Assembly (NCBI GenBank): GCA_009015555.1
Contig: GCA_009015555.1_3613.1
DNA: 64,000 nt
Reading direction: 5' to 3' (one strand)
Source: a phage
Positions 55,523-63,481 of this stretch are shown piece after piece (position 1 is the first letter of the stretch; the number at the start of each line of letters is the position of its first letter). The position numbers were made by a program, and so were the translations under genes. The notes under the pieces are model-generated. The model had not been told where the DNA came from and did not search any database. It saw only the letters and a program-made list of their open reading frames with translations.

Positions 55523-55788
55523 CTTGGCCTCGTATGTGAATGGTCCGGCACAACGTACTTGGAGATAACTCCGACCAGCTTGGTCCGGCACTGCTGGGTC
55601 GCACCATAGGTCTTAACGGTATCCATGATGTCGATCACCAGCTTGTTGAACAAATCCGGGCGGATTCGAGGAGTTTCACGCTCACGCTGTAAAAGCTCCT
55701 CAATCGCGCTCTCAGCGATTTCTGCCATTTGCTGGGCGTTTCCATGACATGCCTCGTCAAAACGCTCCCAGTGGCGTTCTGCGGTCAT
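55519..55788 (-). CDS. hypothetical protein
   Basis: Track ORF 55519..55911 trimmed to ATG 55788. Confidence 0.45.
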   Translation of the reverse strand: MTAERHWERFDEACHGNAQQMAEIAESAIEELLQRERETPRIRPDLFNKLVIDIMDTVKTYGATQQCRTKLVGVISKYVVPDHSHTRPR

Positions 55789-55795
55789 TCTGACC

Positions 55796-55960
55796 CTATT
55801 CTGCTGCTCGGTTTCCACGGACTTCGATCTCCAGCTTAATTGCCGCCAACATTTCTTCCAGTTCTGCTTTGTTCTTCTCCACACGGCGAAGATCATCACG
55901 GCCCAGATCACGCAGGGCCAGAAGGTGACTCATGGACAGATTGCTCAGGTCTTTAGTCAT
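55796..55960 (-). CDS. small hypothetical protein
   Basis: Track ORF 55796..56167 trimmed to ATG 55960 with GAGGAG. Confidence 0.4.
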   Translation of the reverse strand: MTKDLSNLSMSHLLALRDLGRDDLRRVEKNKAELEEMLAAIKLEIEVRGNRAAE

Positions 55961-56381
55961 TGAGAGACTCCTCATATTTTTCCACCAGAGCATCAACAAA
56001 GTACGCATGGTGAACCCACGCAGATGCACATCCGTCTTTGTGAAGCTCTTCGGAGATTTCTCTACGAAGTTCTGCCGCAGGACCAACAATATTGCGGACG
56101 TGTTTGTCAAACGACTCCCAAGCGTTGGCCCGGCCCTCTTTGCCGGGGTCTCGTTTCGTCGTGTCAATTACGAAACAACCCTCTCCCCGGCGAAGCTCGT
56201 CGGAAGCAGAACGGTACATGGACCCGGTTTTACCGGAGAAGAAAACGGATTTCTCCGTCATCTTCGTGATCACTGCCATCTCGAATGGCTTGGCCCCGGC
56301 ATTTCCCCGGGAAAAGGCGATGTGGTCACCCACACGCGCCTCGATTCCGAAACAGTCCTTAATCACCACACACCTCAACAT
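55953..56381 (-). CDS. hypothetical protein
   Basis: Track ORF 55953..56465 trimmed to internal ATG 56381. Confidence 0.4.
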   Translation of the reverse strand: MLRCVVIKDCFGIEARVGDHIAFSRGNAGAKPFEMAVITKMTEKSVFFSGKTGSMYRSASDELRRGEGCFVIDTTKRDPGKEGRANAWESFDKHVRNIVGPAAELRREISEELHKDGCASAWVHHAYFVDALVEKYEESLND

Positions 56382-56577
56382 CAGTTTCGAAACAGTAGAA
56401 GCCCTCGCATACCGTGCCGTCTTGGCGGGTAAAGTTGACGATGACCTCATCGTCATCGGCGTCAACAGAGACTACGACGCCCTTATCCCCCGGACTAACC
56501 CCGTCGAGGCTATAATCTTCCAGATTTTCCGGATTGAAGATAACCTTTTCGCCTACCGCTACCAGTTTGTTGCTCAT
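56359..56577 (-). CDS. hypothetical acidic protein
   Basis: 72-aa ORF with RBS GGAGGTGAGG; ATGA overlap with helicase stop. Confidence 0.5.
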   Translation of the reverse strand: MSNKLVAVGEKVIFNPENLEDYSLDGVSPGDKGVVVSVDADDDEVIVNFTRQDGTVCEGFYCFETDVEVCGD

Positions 56578-57935
56578 ACCTCACCTCCAAAAATTTCAGG
56601 GAATGTCTCATGATAGAACTTACGGACACCTTGGTCAACAATAATGTCCTTCACACGTAGGCGCTTCATCAGGCGAAGACCTTCGGTGCTCGTCGCTCGG
56701 GACAGCATAACATAGGCTTGGCCCGGCGTGAAGGTGCCGAAACCTAAATCAATGTTCACTTTACCCAGCGTCAGGCCCTGTGCTTTGTGTCCGGTGATAG
56801 CATAGCCCAATTTGAACGGGAACTGCAAGTATTTCCCGATCTCTTTGTCAACCAGTACGGTCTGCTTCTCCATCACCTTGACAGTCTGCTTGGTGCCGTC
56901 TTCCAGTTCGATCTCCTTTTCAACCTGGACCATCTTTTCTTCCGGGACCTGTGTCACGTTGGTCCACTCGTACTTGCCGATGTGGATCGGCTTTCCGTCA
57001 ATGTCCACGATGACAAAAGTCTTGGCGATTTTCTTGATGATCCCCACCGTACCGTTGACGTAATCTGGCTCCTTTTTCTTCTGGTCGTTGTCGTTAACAA
57101 CAATCATGACCTTCAGACCTTCTTTCAGGTTCAGAACTTCGTTGACCGGACGCTCCGGGAACTCGCCCGAGATCTTGGCTTCGAACACATGAGGCTGGGC
57201 CTTGATCTTCTCAAACTCCCGCTGGTTGATTTCCTCTGCGAGTTTGTTGGTGGTCGTTAAAGTCACCGCCCCTGGCAGGGCCGGGCCGAAACAGTGTTGG
57301 TTGAAGTAATCAACCGCCGCCCCGACGTTATTACCCACACGGATGTTGTTCAGGTGTTGAGCGAACACAGGATCAGACTGGCGGTGTACCTTCGGAAGAT
57401 ACGCATTGGTAAAATCCAGTTGGTTCCAAATATCCGAACCGAACGGGATTTCATTGCCGTGCAGTTCACGGAACATCGCCGTCTCTTCGCGCTTCAGAAC
57501 AGGCTTGATCTGGAAACCGTCGCCAAACATGATGACCTGAAGGCCACCGAAAGGCTTGTTTACCTTGCGGTGATAACGCAGCTTCATGTCGATCTCCCGC
57601 AGCTTGTCGCTACGAATCATGGAGATTTCGTCGAACACGATAGCGTCCAGCGCATTAGATGCCATCAGCATCGCAGGCTTCTTGGACTTCGCTTTGTAAT
57701 CTTCCTTGGTGGTAACACCAAACGTCAGACCAAAAGCCTTGTGAGCGGTGATCCCTGAAATGTTCAGCGCCGCAATCCCTGTCGGTGCAACGAACAGGAA
57801 ACTGTCAGCGAAGAACTCACGCAGAGTGGCAATCATCAAGCTCTTGCCAGATCCACCTGGCCCGGTGATGAACACGTTATCACCCGCCATGATGGCTCGC
57901 ATTGCTTCTTCGTTACCAATTACTGTTTTACCCAT
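56574..57935 (-). CDS. SF1B DNA helicase (PIF1/RecD/Dda-like)
   Basis: 453 aa; Walker A GPGGSGKS, Walker B VFDEISM. Confidence 0.8.
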   Translation of the reverse strand: MGKTVIGNEEAMRAIMAGDNVFITGPGGSGKSLMIATLREFFADSFLFVAPTGIAALNISGITAHKAFGLTFGVTTKEDYKAKSKKPAMLMASNALDAIVFDEISMIRSDKLREIDMKLRYHRKVNKPFGGLQVIMFGDGFQIKPVLKREETAMFRELHGNEIPFGSDIWNQLDFTNAYLPKVHRQSDPVFAQHLNNIRVGNNVGAAVDYFNQHCFGPALPGAVTLTTTNKLAEEINQREFEKIKAQPHVFEAKISGEFPERPVNEVLNLKEGLKVMIVVNDNDQKKKEPDYVNGTVGIIKKIAKTFVIVDIDGKPIHIGKYEWTNVTQVPEEKMVQVEKEIELEDGTKQTVKVMEKQTVLVDKEIGKYLQFPFKLGYAITGHKAQGLTLGKVNIDLGFGTFTPGQAYVMLSRATSTEGLRLMKRLRVKDIIVDQGVRKFYHETFPEIFGGEV

Positions 57936-58120
57936 TACGCCTCTGCCTCAAATTTGGTGGTGCCAATGATTTTGGCCTCACTGATTTCAATATTCGTGTG
58001 GCCTTTCTTTGCCAAACGGCTGGCCTTCAGTGTTGCCGCCTGCGGATCGTCAACTTTGGCGCGAACGCTTTGACCATAACCCGCATCGGATGATACCAGA
58101 AAAACAGACTTCTCTTCCAT
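57935..58120 (-). CDS. hypothetical protein
   Basis: 61-aa ORF with RBS AAGGGGAG. Confidence 0.5.
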   Translation of the reverse strand: MEEKSVFLVSSDAGYGQSVRAKVDDPQAATLKASRLAKKGHTNIEISEAKIIGTTKFEAEA

Positions 58121-58129
58121 ACACTCCCC

Positions 58130-58318
58130 TTAATCGTGAGCCAAACAAGCAGTGATTACAGTTGCCAAGAGGAACATCAAGGCTCCCCACCCCATCAAAT
58201 ACGGGACCTGGGATGAGAACTGTGCCATCATCTCAGGGAAAAAGAACTGTGCGCCCCAGCGGGCCGGGAATATCCAAACCAGCATGAATGTAATGAACAG
58301 AATGATAAGATTTCTCAT
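58130..58318 (-). CDS. small membrane protein (2 TM), holin-like by size and position
   Basis: 62 aa, hydrophobic; RBS AGAGGAAAAGG; start overlaps stop of hydrolase gene. Confidence 0.45.
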   Translation of the reverse strand: MRNLIILFITFMLVWIFPARWGAQFFFPEMMAQFSSQVPYLMGWGALMFLLATVITACLAHD

Positions 58319-58848
58319 GTCGCCTTTTCCTCTTTTGGTTTATAAAACACATGGTAGCCGATAGTGGCTGTTTTCGTAAAGAACTTTCTCCAGTATGGCT
58401 TGACCTTCTTCGTGTGGAAGTGAGTCGCACCATGTGTTGGGTCCAGCTTGTTGTACAATACCTCATTATTCCGGATCTTGTAAAGGAATCTCGCAATATC
58501 TTGTGCGACCATCCAAGACTCCCGATCCCTGACTGCATAGCCGTTTCTTGCCATTGTCCAGGAAAATTGTGCAGATTGATACACAACCTTCCTGACTGAC
58601 CCGGGATACCCGTCGTGCTTTAGCCTGTTCAGAGTAACAAATCCAACCGCCATCTGTCCACTGATATTTTCCCCACGCGACTCGAAATAAATATTGCAGG
58701 CCAGTGCGTTGACCGACGAGTCATTGTTTTTGCACACATGAACAACCGGGGCGAGCTTTTTCTTCGGTGCGTTATCTTTTGCCAAAGCAGATACTGGGGC
58801 GAAAGATAAAGCGCTGGCTGCGAATAGTGCAGCGATGCTCTTTTTCAT
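58315..58848 (-). CDS. secreted cell-wall hydrolase, SleB-type
   Basis: 177 aa; N-terminal signal peptide MKKSIAALFAASALSFAPVSALA; NIYFESRGE...GQMAVGFVTLNRL motif of SleB-type hydrolases. Confidence 0.6.
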   Translation of the reverse strand: MKKSIAALFAASALSFAPVSALAKDNAPKKKLAPVVHVCKNNDSSVNALACNIYFESRGENISGQMAVGFVTLNRLKHDGYPGSVRKVVYQSAQFSWTMARNGYAVRDRESWMVAQDIARFLYKIRNNEVLYNKLDPTHGATHFHTKKVKPYWRKFFTKTATIGYHVFYKPKEEKAT

Positions 58849-58897
58849 CCAAACTCCTAAATGAGAAAGGCCCAGTTTATCACTGAGCCTTTAGAAG

Positions 58898-59299
58898 TCA
58901 AGCCTTTTTGGAGGCTTGAGCGAGAACTCCCTTCTTAACATCTTCCCAAAGAGAATTGAGGAAAGGGTCGTTGGTGATCACGTCGGCATACCAAGGGCCG
59001 TAGATACGGTACACGGAATCGACGGTGATCGCGTACAAATGCCCAGAATGGACGGCAAGGCCAGTCACGTAGCCAGTACGCACTTGGGTCCCATCCTTAC
59101 CTGTCTTCCGGCGCTTCGCCTCATTGAACTCGATATAACCTGTCAATGTGACAATCTTCTCCGGGACCTGAAGATCCGGGAGTTTTTCGTGGCTAAGGAC
59201 CTGATTCCCAGATTTACATCCCTCCAGGCACAGATTTCCGCCGTACTTCTTCCCGTACTTACGGGCAAACTCAGCCATTTTGATCGTGGACAATTTCAC
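58898..59299 (-). CDS. hypothetical protein
   Basis: 133-aa track ORF (GTG start; alternative ATG at 59278 would give 8-nt overlap with macro gene). Confidence 0.45.
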   Translation of the reverse strand: MKLSTIKMAEFARKYGKKYGGNLCLEGCKSGNQVLSHEKLPDLQVPEKIVTLTGYIEFNEAKRRKTGKDGTQVRTGYVTGLAVHSGHLYAITVDSVYRIYGPWYADVITNDPFLNSLWEDVKKGVLAQASKKA

Positions 59300-59801
59300 T
59301 CTCCTTCAGAACATAAATGGTCACATCGAAGTCTCTCAGGCGACCTTCAATCATCCGAGATATGATACCCCAATCGCCACCTGCGAGTCCAGCCCCTATT
59401 TTTGGTAGCCCGATACGAAGGTCTTGGGTACTCATATCCAGAGTACGACACTTGGCATGGAGAGATACCGCCATTGCAGACAGGGCCGAACGCAATGCCC
59501 AGTAATCGAGGTCCATCTTACCCTCTCTGCGCCCGGTGAAGGTGTATTGACCGTACAGATTGTAAACCAGTAAACCATTTTTGCAGAAGGCCGACGACAA
59601 AGTTCCCAGTTTAGCCCGATCACCACGGGTGGTCATTTGGTCTGCCGTCCACGCTTCCGGAAAAGCTGACGCAATCTTTGGGGCAATACCAGACTTCATG
59701 GTATTCATGCAGTTACAGCAGTGGGCTATCACGTTTACCTCTCCAGCCTGCGCCGCAGAGATCAGATCGCCCACACGGTATGTCATTTTACCACAAGGCA
59801 T
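59271..59801 (-). CDS. macro-domain-like (ADP-ribose binding or processing) protein
   Basis: Track ORF 59271..59882 trimmed to ATG 59801; VNVIAHCCNCMNTMKSGIAPKIASAFPE near N-terminus and GLAGGDWGII near C-terminus resemble macro-domain motifs. Confidence 0.45.
   Translation of the reverse strand: MPCGKMTYRVGDLISAAQAGEVNVIAHCCNCMNTMKSGIAPKIASAFPEAWTADQMTTRGDRAKLGTLSSAFCKNGLLVYNLYGQYTFTGRREGKMDLDYWALRSALSAMAVSLHAKCRTLDMSTQDLRIGLPKIGAGLAGGDWGIISRMIEGRLRDFDVTIYVLKESEIVHDQNG
59785..59796 (-). promoter_or_regulatory. TTGTGGTAAAAT motif inside 5' end of macro gene (candidate internal promoter)
   Basis: Third exact copy of the 12-mer. Confidence 0.25.
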
Positions 59802-59802
59802 A

Positions 59803-60015
59803 TTAAAGTTCACCCCGCTTCGCCTTCTGGCACATCTGGAGAACGTCATAGCAAGACTGCTTGACGATCCACGGCTCGCCACGGTACAGGGTAATCAGGG
59901 TTCCCTTGCGGTCTTTCCCTTCTACTTCGGTCACCTGCGGGTGAAACTCCCGGATATTTGCAACATCGAGGCAGATTGGTTCTTCAGACGCTAGTTGGTT
60001 CAGGTATACGAACAT
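59803..60015 (-). CDS. hypothetical protein
   Basis: 70-aa ORF with RBS AGGAGGG. Confidence 0.5.
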   Translation of the reverse strand: MFVYLNQLASEEPICLDVANIREFHPQVTEVEGKDRKGTLITLYRGEPWIVKQSCYDVLQMCQKAKRGEL

Positions 60016-60023
60016 AAACCCTC

Positions 60024-60284
60024 CTACAGGTATTGATTTTCAAGCCACTGCGCCGCCTCATCAGGGGACTTGCAGTCTCGCTTTTCGTTGATGGTGAACC
60101 AGCCGTCAACACAATGACACGCCCAGTCCTCTTCATCCTCTTCCTCAGCACGTTCTTGAACCTCAACGTGCCAAGTGCCGTCCCAGTTCTGGTCGATAAT
60201 TACCTGAACCTCATTGTGGAGTTCTTTTTCCACACGGTCAGCAACTTCATTGAACTGATCCATAATATCAATTTCATTTTCCAC
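60024..60284 (-). CDS. hypothetical acidic protein
   Basis: Track ORF 60024..60290 (TTG); GTG at 60284 has AAGGAGA upstream. Confidence 0.45.
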   Translation of the reverse strand: MENEIDIMDQFNEVADRVEKELHNEVQVIIDQNWDGTWHVEVQERAEEEDEEDWACHCVDGWFTINEKRDCKSPDEAAQWLENQYL

Positions 60285-60651
60285 TTTCAATCTCCTTCAG
60301 TTTGAGAGACAGAGCTTCAACTTCCCTCTTGAGGTCCTCAGCCAACAGCGTTGTCCGGGACCACTCTCGGGCTTTCTCCATGAGTTGGCGACCAATAGCG
60401 AGCGCCTCAGTGGCGCACACAATTTCACCTTTGCTGTAACGAACTTTCACAGTGCTGTTGTATGGAACATCACACCAACCGACCGCCCCAAGGTTAGTGT
60501 AGTGGCTGAATTTGTACGGCCCCCACACCTTCCCCGTCTTTTGGTTAAAGACCCAGAAGTCATCACCCCGTTTCAGTTGCGGGTTCCAACTTTTGTCGAT
60601 CTCTTCCTGATAGCGATAATCGGTCGGTTTGTATTCAGGACGTCTTGACAT
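60274..60651 (-). CDS. hypothetical protein
   Basis: 125-aa ORF with RBS GAGAAGG. Confidence 0.5.
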   Translation of the reverse strand: MSRRPEYKPTDYRYQEEIDKSWNPQLKRGDDFWVFNQKTGKVWGPYKFSHYTNLGAVGWCDVPYNSTVKVRYSKGEIVCATEALAIGRQLMEKAREWSRTTLLAEDLKREVEALSLKLKEIESGK

Positions 60652-61096
60652 GTTTGCCTTCTCCGGTCCCCATGCAATTCAGTTCTCGGCCTGTACGCAT
60701 CTCTAAAAATGCCTTCAGGTCCCCAAACTTCCCTGTTGCCACCGCTCCTGCTGGCGCTCGGTTGTAGTCCCAAGTGTCCTTCGCCTCCTCGATATCACCA
60801 ACCCGAGTTTCGACCTGCTTACGGAATTTGTATGCAGAGAACTTCGACTTGATTTTTCTGGGCGGTACATAACGCATCGTATCACAGAACCCACCGTGCA
60901 GACGGACCTTGTTCTGGTGCAACTTAATGCAGCGTTTTGTGTACTCTTCGAACTCCACTTTGAACGCCGGGTGAATCAATTCTTCAGGGGCCGTAATCGT
61001 CACTTCACGGTAATTGCCGTTACCGTCATTGTGGTAAACGATCTCGGGCTTACCCGCCAGAACTGTCACCTCAAAATCTTCAATCGTAAATTTCAT
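60635..61096 (-). CDS. hypothetical protein
   Basis: 153-aa ORF; 17-nt overlap with downstream gene. Confidence 0.5.
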   Translation of the reverse strand: MKFTIEDFEVTVLAGKPEIVYHNDGNGNYREVTITAPEELIHPAFKVEFEEYTKRCIKLHQNKVRLHGGFCDTMRYVPPRKIKSKFSAYKFRKQVETRVGDIEEAKDTWDYNRAPAGAVATGKFGDLKAFLEMRTGRELNCMGTGEGKHVKTS

Positions 61097-61139
61097 CTAA
61101 AAAGCCCTCTCTGTTTCCAATGAGGGCAGATTACATGAC

Positions 61140-61328
61140 TTACTGGTCGGTGTCAACCTTTTCGATAAACACAATGTCGCCATACTTCAATTTACGACGT
61201 TTGTCTTCGTCCTGCTCTTGGTTCAGGTTGAATGAACCCTTACCATTAGAACGACGCCAGCCAGATGCTCCCGTGAACTGCTTCAACAGGGCCGCAAAGT
61301 CTTCTTTCGTCACTTCAACCTTGTGCAT
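61140..61328 (-). CDS. hypothetical protein
   Basis: 62-aa ORF overlapping upstream stop. Confidence 0.45.
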   Translation of the reverse strand: MHKVEVTKEDFAALLKQFTGASGWRRSNGKGSFNLNQEQDEDKRRKLKYGDIVFIEKVDTDQ

Positions 61329-61651
61329 TACAGGCTCCCCGGCAGTACCAGTTTAGGACCCTCGCCCTTCTTAGATTCACGGATACGCTCACGAACGTAT
61401 ACCTCGATGTCCGTCGGACGCCACAGTTCAACAGCGACAACCTGGAATCGACCAATGTGGGCACCCGGTTGTTTGTCCATGTGGTTAGCCATCAGTTTGG
61501 CGCTGTCTTCGTCAGCAAACACAGCTTTCACCACAATCGGATGACCGTCATCGGTCTGCCCGAGGCTCATGGAAGGCACATTGTGCCCGGCGGCGGTGTC
61601 GTCGATTGCATACATCAGGGTGGTGCCGCCAACGTTATTAGTCAGTTCCAT
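61328..61651 (-). CDS. hypothetical protein
   Basis: Track ORF 61328..61708 trimmed to ATG 61651 with GGAGA. Confidence 0.45.
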   Translation of the reverse strand: MELTNNVGGTTLMYAIDDTAAGHNVPSMSLGQTDDGHPIVVKAVFADEDSAKLMANHMDKQPGAHIGRFQVVAVELWRPTDIEVYVRERIRESKKGEGPKLVLPGSL

Positions 61652-61856
61652 CAATTTTCTCCACTTTGCTACCAAAAGAGGCCATAAAACAACGGCCCTC
61701 GTCTCCACCGAACGGGATCATCACGGTCCCGCCGATGATAATTGCATCATCACTTGCCAGGATCGGCTGGCTCATGATCGGCTTGCCGAACAGGTCGCAA
61801 TCACACACGTATTTGAACGTGTCGCCAACCTTGATGTCTTGTGCCAACACTTGCAT
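61638..61856 (-). CDS. hypothetical protein
   Basis: Track ORF 61638..61949 (GTG, no RBS) trimmed to internal ATG about 61856. Confidence 0.3.
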   Translation of the reverse strand: MQVLAQDIKVGDTFKYVCDCDLFGKPIMSQPILASDDAIIIGGTVMIPFGGDEGRCFMASFGSKVEKIDGTD

Positions 61857-61860
61857 CCGA

Positions 61861-61980
61861 TTACCCCACGCAGACTTCGTACCAGCCGCATTTTGTGCAT
61901 TCACGAACAAAAGCGTGTACGCTGCCCTTGGTAATGAACTTATGCTCACAATTTTGCTGCTTCACAGATTTTACTGTCAT
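61861..61980 (-). CDS. small zinc-ribbon-like protein (39 aa)
   Basis: Internal ATG of track ORF 61861..62052 giving MTVKSVKQQNCEHKF...CTKCGWYEVC; ATGA overlap with upstream gene. Confidence 0.3.
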   Translation of the reverse strand: MTVKSVKQQNCEHKFITKGSVHAFVRECTKCGWYEVCVG

Positions 61981-62321
61981 ACAACACCCCTCGGTTTTAC
62001 CAGTTCCAGATCTGATTGCGGGATGAAGTAGAACCCGCTGCGATAGAACCATTCGTACCCGTCGCTACCTTCCTGTACCTCGGCATCGCTCACATAAAAC
62101 GACTTGCCGTTGAACTTGTCACGAACAAAGTCGCCACGGGTAAAGCCCGGGATGCCACACTTACGAACGTGATAAAGCTCATGACGAACTCCCTCGAACG
62201 CCCCACGCAGATCCATAACCTCACGAAGCTCGAACTCTACGTCCTCTTCGTCGTTACCGATCCCGTGGATTTTGGCATCAATCCGGGTCAGCAGGTCCTC
62301 TACTGTAGCCCAATCTGTCAT
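61977..62321 (-). CDS. hypothetical protein
   Basis: 114-aa ORF with RBS GGAGGACAAAGG. Confidence 0.5.
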   Translation of the reverse strand: MTDWATVEDLLTRIDAKIHGIGNDEEDVEFELREVMDLRGAFEGVRHELYHVRKCGIPGFTRGDFVRDKFNGKSFYVSDAEVQEGSDGYEWFYRSGFYFIPQSDLELVKPRGVV

Positions 62322-63049
62322 CCTTTGTCCTCCAACTCCAGAGGCTTCATGCCCAGCGCCTTGATCCCGGTGCGGGTGATCAGGCTGTTGAGGGACGCTT
62401 CAATCTCTGCATTGGCACGGGCCATGACCGTCTCCGAGTGCTCAGTGAAGGTATGGAGTGCATATGCCGTTACTTCTGGCAGCTTGGCATGAATGGTCTG
62501 GAACTTCTCCATCGCCGCCTGCAACTCTCCCTTGTTGGCCTTGCCTTTGGCAATCAATGCCGACAGCGCTTCCAGACCCTCTGCATGGCGTTTCATCATG
62601 ATCTTGAGGGATGCCTCAATCTCACGGTTGGCCTGCTCGGTACTGGTGTTCTGCCCATCAATCAGAGGAAGGTTACCCTGCCCATGAGGGGTAATGTAAC
62701 GCAAGGTACACGGTACACCATTCCCGCTGTGGGATGCAACCAAACCTGCCCACTGGTAAGCTGTCAGTTCCAGTTCCAGCACACGCCCTCCACGGCTCTG
62801 TGGCTGGCTGCGGTAATTAGGAATACCGTAGGCCGTCTCTTCATACGCCAGGTCGATACGCAGCGCTATGCGCTCATTGTGGATGATGTCCGAACCAAAC
62901 ATCTCCGTATTGCCACCGGACGGGTGGGTCAGGGTGATGCGACCATACGCCGGGTGCTCTTGGATAATACGATCACAACCTGAACCCGTCATTTCAGAAC
63001 GGATCGTTGGTCGTTCCTTCGGGTAAGGTTTGAACTCCTCTTTACTCAT
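62318..63049 (-). CDS. hypothetical protein
   Basis: 243-aa ORF with RBS AAGGTGG; ATGA overlap with upstream gene. Confidence 0.55.
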   Translation of the reverse strand: MSKEEFKPYPKERPTIRSEMTGSGCDRIIQEHPAYGRITLTHPSGGNTEMFGSDIIHNERIALRIDLAYEETAYGIPNYRSQPQSRGGRVLELELTAYQWAGLVASHSGNGVPCTLRYITPHGQGNLPLIDGQNTSTEQANREIEASLKIMMKRHAEGLEALSALIAKGKANKGELQAAMEKFQTIHAKLPEVTAYALHTFTEHSETVMARANAEIEASLNSLITRTGIKALGMKPLELEDKG

Positions 63050-63249
63050 TTCGCCACCTTAATTACATAGTCGGAAGTTTTCTTGGTGGTTTTCGTCTCA
63101 CCGTAATGGGAATACTCTACGATGACCATCCCCATACCTTTAGAAAACCCTTTCACGGTGCCACGGGTCAAGGCGTGGCGGTTATATTCGGTGAAGGCGA
63201 CATCATCACCCTCTTTCAGTTCATTGCCCACAAAATCACGCATTTGCAT
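63046..63249 (-). CDS. small hypothetical protein
   Basis: Track ORF 63046..63366 trimmed to ATG 63249 with GAGGAG 10 nt upstream. Confidence 0.4.
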   Translation of the reverse strand: MQMRDFVGNELKEGDDVAFTEYNRHALTRGTVKGFSKGMGMVIVEYSHYGETKTTKKTSDYVIKVAK

Positions 63250-63481
63250 TGGCTCGTTGCTCCTCAAAGAACAGTTGGTCTGCCAGTGCATTAAGGTGAT
63301 CCGCCATCTGGCGGGCCTGCTCACGGGTAAGTCGGATACCTGCACTATCACGGTCCCCGTTTTCAATGTCTTTCATCCAGAGTTGGATGAGAATCATACC
63401 AGGGTTCGCTTTTGATTCCATCACCTCGATGTCACCACGATAGAAACGAGTATCTTCTTTCAAATTCAGGTACTTTTCCAT
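63236..63481 (-). CDS. hypothetical protein
   Basis: 81-aa ORF with RBS AAGGGGAAG. Confidence 0.5.
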   Translation of the reverse strand: MEKYLNLKEDTRFYRGDIEVMESKANPGMILIQLWMKDIENGDRDSAGIRLTREQARQMADHLNALADQLFFEEQRANANA

